This document shows, in pieces, positions 14,129 through 28,355 of a stretch of 64,000 nt of DNA. Numbering within the stretch: position 1 is the first letter of the stretch; each line of letters starts with the position of its first letter. The notes under the pieces were generated by a model. The model searched no databases, had not been told where the DNA came from, and worked only from the letters and a program-made list of their open reading frames with translations. The stretch is from Octopus bimaculoides (Eukaryota): assembly GCF_001194135.2 (NCBI RefSeq), contig NC_068999.1, positions 13,113,688 to 13,177,687 on the forward strand, read 5' to 3'. Position numbers and translations under genes: made by a program.

Positions 14129-17100
14129 NNNNNNNNNNNNNNNNNNNNNNNNNNNNNNNNNNNNNNNNNNNNNNNNNNNNNNNNNNNNNNNNNNNNNNNN
14201 NNNNNNNNNNNNNNNNNNNNNNNNNNNNNNNNNNNNNNNNNNNNNNNNNNNNNNNNNNNNNNNNNNNNNNNNNNNNNNNNNNNNNNNNNNNNNNNNNNNN
14301 NNNNNNNNNNNNNNNNNNNNNNNNNNNNNNNNNNNNNNNNNNNNNNNNNNNNNNNNNNNNNNNNNNNNNNNNNNNNNNNNNNNNNNNNNNNNNNNNNNNN
14401 NNNNNNNNNNNNNNNNNNNNNNNNNNNNNNNNNNNNATATATATATATATATATATATATATATACGTACATACCTATGTAAGTATGTCTATATGTGGAG
14501 GTATGAAAGCATATACGTTTGTAATCAGATATCATCTCATACAAAGGAAAACATACACCACATGTAATATATTTACGATGGAGCTAATAAGCAATATAAC
14601 TGAATAAAGAGCAAAGTAGTTTTATCAAATATACTTTGCTTAATATAATGTAAACCAGCCAATACTCTACTGACATTTGCTTTTACAAGATTAATAAGTT
14701 TCCTAATGCCAGATATTGAATTATGATAATTTTTCATAGTGTTTTGTATTTAATGTATAGTTCGTGCTGCACATAATTTATTATACAGTGATTTAGCAAG
14801 CGGTGTAATTATTGATGAGAATATTTCGTATATAGAACAATGTCTAGTAAGTTAATTATACATTATTCTATTGCCTTTTGTCGTTTTGACAAACTCGCTA
14901 TTCTCTGAAACTGATTTATAGTATTTTATGAAATTTGTAGTCTCTACTTTGCGTTTTATCCCTGCGGGTCGAGAACTCAAGTACCAATATAGACGTTTGA
15001 AGCAAACCAATTGAAATGTTCGCATACGTTTGTAAAACGAAAATCAACAAAAAAAAAATGGATTATGGTAATGCAAGACGAACTTTTTATTTTTCTGAAC
15101 TTTATGCGGTCTACGAGGATACCAGCATTTATGATATAATTTCTCGTGCGAGTCTTTCAACTCTTCAATTATTGGTTTTTCCAACTCTCTACGAGGCAAT
15201 TATGTTTATGGACCTGTAATTGTAGATACTTTCATCTTCTACTATACCAGTCTACGTGCCTTCCATTTTAAACAGATACATTACTTCTCTAACGCAAACG
15301 ATTCTTTGCTATATCATATATAATAGGTATTGACAGTTAAAATCTCAGTAATTAGGAATATACATATAGGTTTGTTTCTTTGTTTTGACTCGTGAATGTA
15401 TAGCAGTATGAATGGATCCGGTAATATAACTTGCACCCTCATGGTGCCAGACGAAGAGAATAAAATCTAACAAAAAGAATTGATGATGAAAGAATGTAAT
15501 ATAGAATTATTGGAATAATGAAATAAGATTTTCCTTCAGGTAACCTGAAACATGAAAGCATTGGAACATCTAAATTGTACATGATTGCAACATAGTGCTT
15601 TTCAAATTTAACAAGCAATACATTACACATGTGTACTAAAATATCTCAGAACTATCATGACAAAATACATAAACTATTTACTTAATTCTATGCGAAGAAA
15701 GGAGACACATATTTCTATGAAGATGTATAAGCATAATTATTTTAAATTCTCAAATAAGAAAGCATGATATATCTGGGGGCATAAATTTTGAATAACTGGA
15801 TATTTCTTTAGTACAAAAGTGAAACTCAGTACGCCATGTCTATTGAATTCCGTGGTTCAGATGATTACACTAAGAATAAATGTGTCTTTCTACATTAGAA
15901 CATATCTGAAAATGAAAGGCATTTTGGGTAATACATTTCCATCATTATATGAAATTACTTGATATGTGAACGCATTTTTATTTCAATCCTATAGATATAA
16001 TCCCTAAGAAATTGTAATATCTGATGAATACAAATAAGAATATGGTAGATCACTAATGATGGTAGAAGAACGAAGCAGGTTTTTCATGTGCATATTTTAC
16101 AGAACGTTTAATTAGTTTTCATATACGAGTTGCCATGTTCCCTTTTAATCCGGAAAATCATTGTTATCAAGGATTTTCAAATAAAGCATATTTCCATTAA
16201 ACATTCATTCCAAATTATAAAATATTTTGACTGAATACAATATATGTAAACATTTCAAGTGGTGTCTTTTAATATGAAATGCCACTCATTCCCATACTGA
16301 AGTTCATATGCCGAACAAGTGATTAAGTATGCAAAAGTGTATTGAAGAACAAAGGCGTAGAAGTAATGCTTGTCGAAATTAGTCATGCATGTAAATAATT
16401 TCACTATAGAAATTTGAATGAAAGAGTAAAATGGTTGTCTCTTCCACATGTATTCTATATAAATGTGCGTATTTGTATTCGTGTGTGTGTTTGTGCATGC
16501 GCATGTCTGTGTCTGTGCCTGTATTTGTTTGTGTTTTCCGCTACGTTTAACCGCGTGTATATGTTTGAATATCGTGTACGCTATACCTATTGTAAAATAA
16601 CAGTAGAGACAACGTAATCATCTAAATTTATTTTCGAATATTTTCAGCAATATGGCATTCATCCTTCATGATATAATGCTTCTAAAATGAGAAATTCTAC
16701 AATATGTTACTATTTTAAACAGTTTCACAGCACGGTATCATCTGCCTGCTCGTACTTAGTTGAGCCGAATGACATTGCTAATATTCAACTTGACAGACGT
16801 TTCTTTTCTCTGACACTTCAACAGATATGTAGCTCTACATAGCCGATGGATTATACAAAGAATCCTTCTTCTAGCGCATTTCTTAAAATTTATATATATA
16901 TATATNNNNNNNNNNNNNNNNNNNNNNNNNNNNNNNNNNNNNNNNNNNNNNNNNNNNNNNNNNNNNNNNNNNNNNNNNNNNNNNNNNNNNNNNNNNNNNN
17001 NNNNNNNNNNNNNNNNNNNNNNNNNNNNNNNNNNNNNNNNNNNNNNNNNNNNNNNNNNNNNNNNNNNNNNNNNNNNNNNNNNTATGTAGCCTGAGGCCTG

Positions 17101-17290
17101 AGGTGGGAGGTAACGATAAGGTCTGTGAAACTTGAAGAATCATTGAATCCGAAGCAAGCCTTTTTGATACATACATACATACATACATACATATAAGCGT
17201 ACATGTGGAGATCAGCAAGTTAGACATGTTAACATATAATGCATATTAACACATTAAATGCATGAAATATAGAAAATGTATGTATGCTTA

Positions 17291-18174
17291 CGTTGTCTGA
17301 TCAATAAGTATCACACAGCTGTTGTAGCTGAAACGAAGCTAAAGAGCTCAGGGGGAAATCACTTGGCACATATTCACCGTGAACTCTGCTCAGTGTGCGC
17401 ATTAAGCCTTAAAGTTCTAGCTCACTTTCGCTGTTAGCGGCAGTGCTTGGAAGTAACGTGTGTAGTGTGTGTTTATCGCATTGACCATGACAGAGAAAGT
17501 TGAGCATCAAATTTTGGAAAAAGCTTAGTGATTTCTGCTCAGAAGTCTACACGACTTCTGAAAAAGTTTTCATCGTTCTTGACATAATCAAGATTTAGTG
17601 AAACTGAATTAAACCCGAGATACGTTTTGGTCCGCAGAAAGCAGTTTTGGTACAACTTTGAAAGACACGCGTCTCATACCTAAATTTTCATTGATAAGAG
17701 ACTGAACTGAATTCTAACTAATCTGAAAATCTGCTGATAAATCACGGATGTTTATTCGATGATTCCCCTCACAGCTGCAGGCACATCTACAAGGTTTTTT
17801 CTGTTCTGCTGGTTGCTGGTTCCCCACAATCTTCGTGAAAGCCGACATTTTGTCGGCCATAGTGGAAACTTTTAGACCACGCGTACGCATGTGTGCGGCT
17901 CATACACTCTTCTCCATACGCTTTCTGCAAATTTTTGTAGACTTCTGAGCAGGTATCGCCATGAAAACGCTTACTGACATTGTCAATGCGACGATCACCC
18001 GCTACAAACGCTACTTCAAAGCACTGCTTTAAACAGCGGAAGTGAGCTAGAATGTTCATCCTTATGGCACCTGAACACAAGAGGTCACGGTCAATCTGTA
18101 TTCAGAGGCTATACTGTGCGTGCTATAGCTTCGCTACTATGGCAACAAGCCTGATACTTATTGATTGAACCTCG
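17291..18174 (-). mobile_element. Mariner-derived non-autonomous element: 5' part of the transposase plus an inverted duplicate of the 5' end
   Basis: Termini TA|cgttgtctgatcaataagtatc and gatacttattgattgaacctcg|TA. The minus strand encodes an HTH-region mariner transposase (GDTCSEVYKNLQKAYGEECMSRTHAYAWSKSF...IRDLSADF...ENLGMRRVSFKVVPKLLSADQ) that stops before the catalytic DDD domain. The left ~260 bp is a diverged inverted copy of the right end. Confidence 0.9.
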
Positions 18175-20820
18175 TATATACAAAGAGTTCCGAATTACAC
18201 AGAATAGAAACCGTATTGAAAAATAAAAGGTTTGGTCTTACTTTCACCACTACAGATGTAAGATATCTTCCCTGAAGTCGGAAATTCGTCTCACCCGAGG
18301 ATGGAATCAACCTACCAAAATTATTTCGGAAAACCGAGTCTCTACAAACACCTGTTACATTAGTCCCTTTAATACTCGATTTCGTTTGTATTCAGTGTAA
18401 GTGGGCGCTATATGTTTATAAACATAGTACATTTGTTTAGTATTTCATGTATCTGATATACTTTATAAATTGAGCTGTATAAATTGCTTATCCCTACACT
18501 TACTTCTACACGGCTTCTACATTTACTTCTACGGCTGACGTCGAAAATCTCCTGAGCACTACGAAGTATATTCTATACAGAGAATATCTGATTCTCATCT
18601 ATGAACTAAATATATATATATATATATATATATANNNNNNNNNNNNNNNNNNNNNNNNNNNNNNNNNNNNNNNNNNNNNNNNNNNNNNNNNNNNNNNNNN
18701 NNNNNNNNNNNNNNNNNNNNNNNNNNNNNNNNNNNNNNNNNNNNNNNNNNNNNNNNNNNNNNNNNNNNNNNNNNNNNNNNNNNNNNNNNNNNNNNNNNNN
18801 NNNNNNNNNNNNNNNNNNNNNNNNNNNNNNNNNNNNNNNNNNNNNNNNNNNNNNNNNNNNNNNNNNNNNNNNNNNNNNNNNNNNNNNNNNNNNNNNNNNN
18901 NNNNNNNNNNNNNNNNNNNNNNNNNNNNNNNNNNNNNNNNNNNNNNNNNNNNNNNNNNNNNNNNNNNNNNNNNNNNNNNNNNNNNNNNNNNNNNNNNNNN
19001 NNNNNNNNNNNNNNNNNNNNNNNNNNNNNNNNNNNNNNNNNNNNNNNNNNNNNNNNNNNNNNNNNNNNNNNNNNNNNNNNNNNNNNNNNNNNNNNNNNNN
19101 NNNNNNNNNNNNNNNNNNNNNNNNNNNNNNNNNNNNNNNNTATATATAGCTTTATTCTCAATACCTGTAGCAGTTTAGCACTATAAATTTTATGTATGTT
19201 ATAAAGGGATATGTCTAGAATATCTGTCATTTACAATATACCAATAACGCTATTTTACTACATATTGTAAAAAAATCTACGTCAGTAATACATGATCGTC
19301 ACTACTTAAATGGTAACTATTTGGGACATTATGTTTTAAGAGTTCTTTGATTTCACGTGCTAATCATTTAATCTAATTTGTTCACGAATATATATTTAAA
19401 AGAAAATGTTATTGAACGCAGGTTGTTTTCCTTGTGGGAATTAAAATATATTCCATCTTAAACTCATGAACTTCTGGGTATTCGTGCATTAATGAATTAC
19501 TGTATAGTGGAACGGAGAGGCGGAACAACTAGTATTTTATTTTATTAGAGTTCTACATTATAAACTGTTTAATATTTTTATATTTATATTTCTAGCTCAT
19601 TTTACTTGGAAGCCTCTACAGCAAACTTCTATTGTTGTGTCAAGAAATAAGGAACATCCAACAATTGTATTGTATAGCCTGCACCGACAACCATTGTAAG
19701 CATACGAAAGTGAAAAGTGTTTTGTTAGGAATTTTATAAACCTATAATCAACATATGGGCAGAAAGTTAACCCGATATAAAACGTACGTTGAAACCTTTT
19801 ATTGACGTTCGTTGGTAGCCCTTACCGTTGTCTATTCAGTCATTAAATCTTTAACACATTTCTAATTTACAGAATGATTAATGTCTAGGGATCGAGAAGG
19901 AAATTCGATAGCGTTCCGTATTGTAGTGTCTTGAGTTCTTTGAAAGCGAATGTTAACGGAAGCAAACAGTAANNNNNNNNNNNNNNNNNNNNNNNNNNNN
20001 NNNNNNNNNNNNNNNNNNNNNNNNNNNNNNNNNNNNNNNNNNNNNNNNNNNNNNNNNNNNNNNNNNNNNNNNNNNNNNNNNNNNNNNNNNNNNNNNNNNN
20101 NNNNNNNNNNNNNNNNNNNNNNNNNNNNNNNNNNNNNNNNNNNNNNNNNNNNNNNNNNNNNNNNNNNNNNNNNNNNNNNNNNNNNNNNNNNNNNNNNNNN
20201 NNNNNNNNNNNNNNNNNNNNNNNNNNNNNNNNNNNNNNNNNNNNNNNNNNNNNNNNNNNNNNNNNNNNNNNNNNNNNNNNNNNNNNNNNNNNNNNNNNNN
20301 NNNNNNNNNNNNNNNNNNNNNNNNNNNNNNNNNNNNNNNNNNNNNNNNNNNNNNNNNNNNNNNNNNNNNNNNNNNNNNNNNNNNNNNNNNNNNNNNNNNN
20401 NNNNNNNNNNNNNNNNNNNNNNNNNNNNNNNNNNNNNNNNNNNNNNNNNNNNNNNNNNNNNNNNNNNNNNNNNNNNNNNNNNNNNNNNNNNNNNNNNNNN
20501 NNNNNNNNNNNNNNNNNNNNNNNNNNNNNNNNNNNNNNNNNNNNNNNNNNNNNNNNNNNNNNNNNNNNNNNNNNNNNNNNNNNNNNNNNNNNNNNNNNNN
20601 NNNNNNNNNNNNNNNNNNNNNNNNNNNNNNNNNNNNNNNNNNNNNNNNNNNNNNNNNNNNNNNNNNNNNNNNNNNNNNNNNNNNNNNNNNNNNNNNNNNN
20701 NNNNNNNNNNNNNNNNNNNNNNNNNNNNNNNNNNNNNNNNNNNNNNNNNNNNNNNNNNNNNNNNNNNNNNNNNNNNNNNNNNNNNNNNNNNNNNNNNNNN
20801 NNNNNNNNNNNNNNNNNNNT

Positions 20821-20851
<31 letters not shown>

Positions 20852-21117
20852 CATATATATATATATGTATATATATGTGTGCACATGTGGGTATTAGTAA
20901 CTTGGTCAGGCATAGCCAACGAAAGTAGATATATGATTTTCGTCCACAACATGTCTGTTCTGAGGTTAGCAGGAATAGCCGTAAGCATGTGAATGCCATT
21001 AGGACAGGCTTGTATCTTAGAGTCTTATGAACTAAAGTTTCGCACATGCAAATGCACACTTCATGAGAACGCGGAATCATAAGCATTATTCACATTATTT
21101 ACATTATTTATATTATG

Positions 21118-21176
21118 TACATTCAACGGATATTTGTCCTCATCAGAAACATGAGGACAAATATCCGTTGAATGTA
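21118..21176. repeat. Perfect 26-bp inverted repeat with a 7-nt loop
   Basis: tacattcaacggatatttgtcctcat-cagaaac-atgaggacaaatatccgttgaatgta. Confidence 0.97.
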
Positions 21177-23625
21177 AAGAATGTAAATAATGCACACAAT
21201 CCTTCATCTCTTAAATATAGAACCGGAATCATATATTCTAAAAGCCTTTTACTTCAACTCGCAATGACAGCTCTCTTAGGTTAGAATGTACGATATTGCT
21301 GTAGTTTAGGATCGAAACTTATTCGATGTCAACTGTTTATTTTAGTGCATGTTACAGCCAAGATGTCAGAACGAAGTTTAGATAGCACATTATCTTGGTT
21401 CTAGAACGCTAATTTGAAGCCGTATAATCGGCAAGCGTATGTTCATCTTTGAGTGTGCATGTGTAGGCGTACATTTCCATACAATCATATATATGAATAT
21501 ATATATATATACATATACATGCATATAAGTGTGTGTAGGGGGTGTTTCTGTGTGTTTGTATGTGTGTAAGTTATATGTATTTACAAACGTGTACGTACAT
21601 GTATTTTTATACCTATAATTCTTTTTTACTCTATAGTGATAAAACTCGGATTAGTATTTTGAAATTCATTTCGTAATTATTCGCGATAAAAGCCAAATAA
21701 CTAATCAAACATCACATCCAAAATTATCAGATGTCAGCCAATTATTAAAATATTAATGTAAAATGAAATTTCAGTTTATCTCTGGGAGAAATGAAAATAT
21801 AGAGATGATAAGTCTTAATGCAAGAAAATAATTTAAACATGCCGTATATTAATACAAGGATCGTGCGTTTAAAATTCAGCATTTACATACATGAGCTATA
21901 GAATCAGAACTATATACATTCTAATTATCCTTTTACTTGCATTAATAAAGAAACAAATTAACGAAAGTATTTTGCTGGATAAATTTTGTCGAACGTGTTA
22001 CATTGCGTACGAGGATATTGTAATGGTCTATATCATCTACTATATTAATACTCTTATGATTTTTCTCGTTCACAACATATGAATAAGGAAAGTAGGGGTG
22101 ATAGATGAATAAGGAAGGAGGGATGATGTCAAACTGGTAGTAGAATGATGGAAATTCTACGGTGAAAAAATATCAGCGTTTCAACTCTGTCTATATATGT
22201 GAGTGTATTTAAAAGGAATATATCTGGATGTAGGTGTATGTGTGTGTGGGGGGTGTGGGCGTGCGTGTGTGTACTATGGAAGTGAGATGGTGAACATACA
22301 ACGCTGTAAAGAAAAATCAAACAGCTTTTCAACTCTGTGTATTTGGTATTTACTTGCCAGCCCCCATATTTAGTCACGGTCGGCTTTATGTGGCCTTAAG
22401 TGATAGAAGAAGGAAGAAAAACTTTTAAATATGTGTGAAGAAAACAAGCAAAGGATGTTAGTTGCAGATAGATTTTTCATGAATTGATTGGTAATAAAAG
22501 AATTATCAAACTAAAACTTGTTTTGTACCGTACTTATATATAAAATACTACAATTAGCCGTCATTTTTGACTCTATTTGCTGAGTATATAAGTCGCTATG
22601 GAGACGTGGGAGGAATATTTTTTTTAAATTCTGTATTGGTGTAGTTACGTACCTAAATTGGATTTTAAACGGTACTAGCTTGTAGTTAGCTGATGGCAAA
22701 AAGACTTTGGTCACTACAACGAGTTGGCGTAAAATTTCTATTTGCACTTGCAAAGTGAGTTTTCGACCTTACAACTTGGAACAATCAAATTAAAACAGCA
22801 TGAATAATGATTAAGTCATCTGAATTTCAATTTAAAATAAACACATTTTATAATTAAAACAAACGTGTCTCAAATTGAAGCAAATGAACTGCGATTTAAA
22901 TTATATGAACTTGAATTGAAATCAGGTGAACTCTTTTATTAAAAAAAAGAATGAATATTTATTAAAAATATATGATGTTCATATTAAAACATTCAATGTT
23001 TAAATGATTATATTAAATTTGGACATTATATTCCATACAAATTAGGACATTGGAGATTGGAATATAAAATATTGAAAGTAATTTCATGTACCGTATTGCT
23101 TATTATTCCATAACTTAAAGAACACAGAATGAATAAAAAGATGCTGATGTTCTGCCTATGTTACTCCATATAGTTATATGCAGTTCTTTTGTCTATGTTA
23201 TTCCATATAGTTAAACAAAACCAAACAAAAAATTATGATACTAAATCGGCATTTCTCACTGTTAATACGAGGAATCAGAGAAAGCAGGCTATGATGCAAT
23301 ATTTAATGGCCATATATTTAGTTTTTTCTCAAAATTGATTTAATACATTGTAGAAAATCACACGCCATTGCCACTTTCATGGAGATCCAACAGTTTTTTT
23401 TTATAAGCTCTACACTGTGTGATTTTAATATTACGGCACCGTAAACAACTTCCTTCTCAACAAGGGCTGCATGTATACTCAGATTTTCTCCGATTATAAA
23501 ATTGTTGGGAAAAAGATCTATTATAGCGTAACAAATTTGAAAAGACGATTCACAGAAAACTTCCTTCTTTACTTGCCACTCCTGTTCCCAACTTTATCTT
23601 AACAACATAAATATTATGGTAAAAT

Positions 23626-23965
23626 TAGGATATTCGGTCTAAATCTCATATTTGTTGGTGTTTCCTTTTTAGTGGAACAACTTGATGCATTGGTGAACAA
23701 CTAGTGGCGTTAGAGAATATGAAACGAAGTGTTCCAGTTAACAAAAAGTTAGCTAACATGAAAGAGAGGAAGCCGGCTGAATAGTGGAAATGAGCTAAGT
23801 GTATCATAATGATCCGTGATTGGTCTTAAAATGCTGATATCATGACTGATGCTCCATTCTCTGTGAACACTGTAAAGTCTGTAAGACGTAACATGAGCAA
23901 GTGTAACGCAGAAAAAGAAGCCGTTGATAGTAGGAAGAGTCACAGCAGGTGTTCAGGCACCCTAA
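23626..23965 (+). mobile_element. Internally deleted Tc1/mariner-superfamily element (maT/DD37D-like N-terminus)
   Basis: From 23758 a stop-interrupted frame reads MKERKPAE*WK*AKCIIMIRDWS*NADIMTDAPFSVNTVKSVRRNMSKCN...RKSHSRCS, which resembles N-terminal HTH regions of invertebrate mariner-like transposases as I recall them. It ends in a TIR-like ggcaccct; the left TIR is degenerate. Confidence 0.55.
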
Positions 23966-24087
23966 ATTCGTCCGGAGAACGGAGCTGTTCTCCGCATCTT
24001 TTAATAAGGCCTTAATTTCAATTCAAACGGCTTTCTGAAGCTGTTTTTAAACTGCCTTTAATGCTTGCGATTAATCAGTAATACCAA

Positions 24088-24370
24088 TTTTAACGATCTT
24101 TAAAGTTTTATTCATTTTATACTTTGGCTACTTCTATAACATCAACATCAAATTGTAATTAAACCATTAATTCTTGTGTAGGGCGATAAAATTACAGTTT
24201 CATAAGTGTCAAAGTTTCATCTCATTCGTTAAAAAAGAATCATTGTACCTAACGTAATTATGTAAATCGAACCAGTTATTTGGTTGGGTAATATATTTTA
24301 AATTTGATAAATACTCTTCGATATTTTCGTAGCATGCTAAATCGGCAATGAAAAGTTTTCTCCCAAAATA
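24088..24370. repeat. Unclassified dispersed repeat, copy 1 (partner at 34404-34758)
   Basis: Colinear blocks shared with 34404-34758: tttaacgatctt, ggctacttctat.acatcaac.tcaaattgtaattaaacc, attatgtaa.tcgaaccagttatt, catgctaa...ggcaatgaa. Confidence 0.85.
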
Positions 24371-27035
24371 GTAACAAATAAAAGGCCGGTCTATTTTTCT
24401 TTTGAATTTTTCTAATTAACTAACTTTCTTCATATTACATTCCGACGTGAACTTCCACTGATGTAAATGTCCGTTTATCACATAAACGAACCTACTTGCC
24501 TTAGGTTTATTTATGTAATAATGGTGTGCACGCAATAGATTTATATTAAATTGATAGTAGAGGGAAGCATGCAACACGTATCTCGGCCGTCTTGAGTGTA
24601 TGGTGAAGCTGATAGTGGCTACTTTGAGTTAACTATTCCTTACTTTTTTGCAACCTACCAAATTCCACCCGAACACCTTCTACAAGAATACCTATCTTGT
24701 AATTTCGACACTAAATTCCACACCTATCCAATTATTTAAGAATAATTTTCATTCTCAAAAATGTTCAGTAACATATAATTCGTGGGAAGTTGATGTTTCA
24801 TCACTAATAATTGTTGTAGTTTTATATTTTAGTTTGAGACACCTTTGTTTTAAATAAAATCCCATATGATTTGCAGTGAGATTGATATAATTTAAATCAT
24901 ATTTCAATTGTTTAAATTTGCGACAAAAAAAGTTTATATTTGGATAGTCATATAGAAGGTGTTTCGCAATGAAGAATAACATCTTCCTATTTACAGATCT
25001 ATCAACGTGTCCGTATGCTACGACCATGCATTAACTAAATGCGCGAACACAACTTCAAGAAGTGATTCATTTATATGAACGTAAAAACAAAAACACAGAT
25101 ACACAGACATATGAGAGTGTTAATTACCAGCCATGATACAGATTAACACATGATAATCCACAGGATTTGGGGCAACTACAGTTAGATTCTGTAATAATTT
25201 GGGGCATGGAGGGGTGTGCTATTTTCCCGAGCGTTATTATATATAGGAAAATGTAGAATTCAATATTTGTTATTTTCTGTGATGTAATTTTGTTAGAACT
25301 ATTTGTAAAATCCTCACATGTTTCCTCACAATTTTTGTCCCATAACCTCTTTATGCATTTAGATTTTCAACGGGAATCACGAATATGGACTGTAGCGTCA
25401 GGCACCTGCAGAATAGTACAGGAATCAGAGACTCACCTCTACCAAAATGTTAGTGAACTAACAAAAGAAGCCTCGACAATTAAATAGATTTTCACATTTG
25501 AGAAATAGAAATTTTAGAAAGTCGCAATACACGCAGGGCTGAATGGTTTCTCTAATTAGACCCTATACAACATTCCAAGTGAATAATAACGTTGCGTTTT
25601 CGGAATCCATTGCTGCAAAGATTGCGGTAAATACACCAGTGTACTTTCGACACTTCGTTTTTATATACTTTGGAATAATGATTTTTGCATGTATTTAAGA
25701 ACTGAGATCAAGGCATTTTATACGCTGCTAAACTATTTCATAAGAATTATCTAAAATTTGGCACAGAGACACTTTCAACGTTTGTCTGCGATGTATACCG
25801 TCTGAGTTTGTCTACGTTGTATACTGTCGATTGTGACACCAGTTCGCCCTTCCAAACACGGTATTCGAAAAATAATTGACACATTTACACTGTTTTCTTT
25901 CCAATAAGGACTGAACTAAAATGTAATTATATATTTACACCTGCTGCAAAACATTAAACGGTTTACAAATAAATTTTTTTTGGGGGGGTGGGGAAATTTG
26001 TCGATAGAGATGGATCCCGGGATTCCAGTGTCGGCTTCTCGACTGAGTTGAATTCAGTTGATTTTAGACACTAAAGTCATCATTCTGGTCCAAAGGCATT
26101 TGAATATTTCCCACACAATTTGTACTAATGATGCATGTGTTATCACAACTATATTCGTCTGAGAATTGAAGTTTGATTTGTAGACATATCAAAATACTCG
26201 ATTATAGAAGTTTCTATATTGTGTTAAATACTTTACATACAAGTGAAATGAAAATGTTTGAGTTCATGTTTTGTAAAACTTTGTACGACTAATTGTTCAT
26301 ACCAATCCCCTTCAAGCAATCGCTTTCGAATGTTATTTGTTGCGCATGTTCACAGCACAAACCCCCAAGTTCTATTCTCAAATAACGAAGAAAAATCTAA
26401 CGGTAAATATTAATGCAACTATCAAGTAGTATTTCACAATAAAGGATGGCATATAGCTGTTATAACAAGAAAGACTGACCTGGTATCAAATTGAAAATCA
26501 TTTATGCATTGAATATGAAATACAAAGCCCTATCACTGCTGTCTTCTGAAATATGGCATCAGAGTGTTGCTAGAGTTAGTCATCTTCCGGGAAAAATTCA
26601 TAATCATTGCTCTTTAAAAATCCGAAGTTTTAAATGTCGGAGCACGATTTCCAATCTATATGCTTAATACTAGAGCGTCTCGGTGTAAGAATCTTGTGGA
26701 CTTTAGCCAAAACTGCACTTAATTGGGCTACCGTTAACATACAATTTCGACACTTACGAAACATGCAAACTGCTGCTGGTGTGAAACATTAAAAATAACG
26801 TACTGCATTTACCAATGATAAGATAATACATCTACGTAGTATAGAAATGCAATAAAGTAGAAATGCGATACATTCGGTTAGATTGAAATTTCTGAAATAA
26901 CTTGTGTTTCTAGAAGTTATTACATTTGTCTATATATTTGGTATCTGTAAGTCTATTTATCTATGAATCAATCAATAATTCAAACAGAAAACAATAAATC
27001 AATTTATCTACCTGTCAATCAATCTGCCTATCTAT

Positions 27036-27076
<41 letters not shown>

Positions 27077-28283
27077 TGTNNNNNNNNNNNNNNNNNNNNN
27101 NNNNNNNNNNNNNNNNNNNNNNNNNNNNNNNNNNNNNNNNNNNNNNNNNNNNNNNNNNNNNNNNNNNNNNNNNNNNNNNNNNNNNNNNNNNNNNNNNNNN
27201 NNNNNNNNNNNNNNNNNNNNNNNNNNNNNNNNNNNNNNNNNNNNNNNNNNNNNNNNNNNNNNNNNNNNNNNNNNNNNNNNNNNNNNNNNNNNNNNNNNNN
27301 NNNNNNNNNNNNNNNNNNNNNNNNNNNNNNNNNNNNNNNNNNNNNNNNNNNNNNNNNNNNNNNNNNNNNNNNNNNNNNNNNNNNNNNNNNNNNNNNNNNN
27401 NNNNNNNNNNNNNNNNNNNNNNNNNNNNNNNNNNNNNNNNNNNNNNNNNNNNNNNNNNNNNNNNNNNNNNNNNNNNNNNNNNNNNNNNNNNNNNNNNNNN
27501 NNNNNNNNNNNNNNNNNNNNNNNNNNNNNNNNNNNNNNNNNNNNNNNNNNNNNNNNNNNNNNNNNNNNNNNNNNNNNNNNNNNNNNNNNNNNNNNNNNNN
27601 NNNNNNNNNNNNNNNNNNNNNNNNNNNNNNNNNNNNNNNNNNNNNNNNNNNNNNNNNNNNNNNNNNNNNNNNNNNNNNNNNNNNNNNNNNNNNNNNNNNN
27701 NNNNNNNNNNNNNNNNNNNNNNNNNNNNNNNNNNNNNNNNNNNNNNNNNNNNNNNNNNNNNNNNNNNNNNNNNNNNNNNNNNNNNNNNNNNNNNNNNNNN
27801 NNNNNNNNNNNNNNNNNNNNNNNNNNNNNNNNNNNNNNNNNNNNNNNNNNNNNNNNNNNNNNNNNNNNNNNNNNNNNNNNNNNNNNNNNNNNNNNNNNNN
27901 NNNNNNNNNNNNNNNNNNNNATATATATATATATACGCACGTGTAATACACAACACACAATGCTACACTCAGACACATGTTTATGTGTTCGTATGTATGA
28001 ATGTATGTACGTATGGCAAAATTATTCTTGGAAGGAAATGGGCTATTTTAATCGCGTGTTTAGGAAATGCAAACCAAAATCCAAATAAATAGTTTTGCCG
28101 TTTACCGTGTTAGAAACAGAAGTCAAATCTTATGTTAGAAAATGGAACACGTTAGACTACATATTCGGTAGGTACAACTGAATATCATATATACCACACG
28201 ATAACTATTCCGCGTTTAACGGTAGGCTGAATATTTCTGGTCTAACGTGGCATTCAACATCATAAATAAGTACATCATCCAAT

Positions 28284-28336
<53 letters not shown>
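28284..28336. repeat. (CTA)n microsatellite
   Basis: About 17 units, direct reading. Confidence 0.95.

Positions 28337-28355
<19 letters not shown>

Noticed and set aside
23973-23994. 8-bp hairpin cggagaac-ggagct-gttctccg as a terminator
   Set aside because: Too short to exceed chance, and Rho-independent terminators do not apply to this eukaryotic context.
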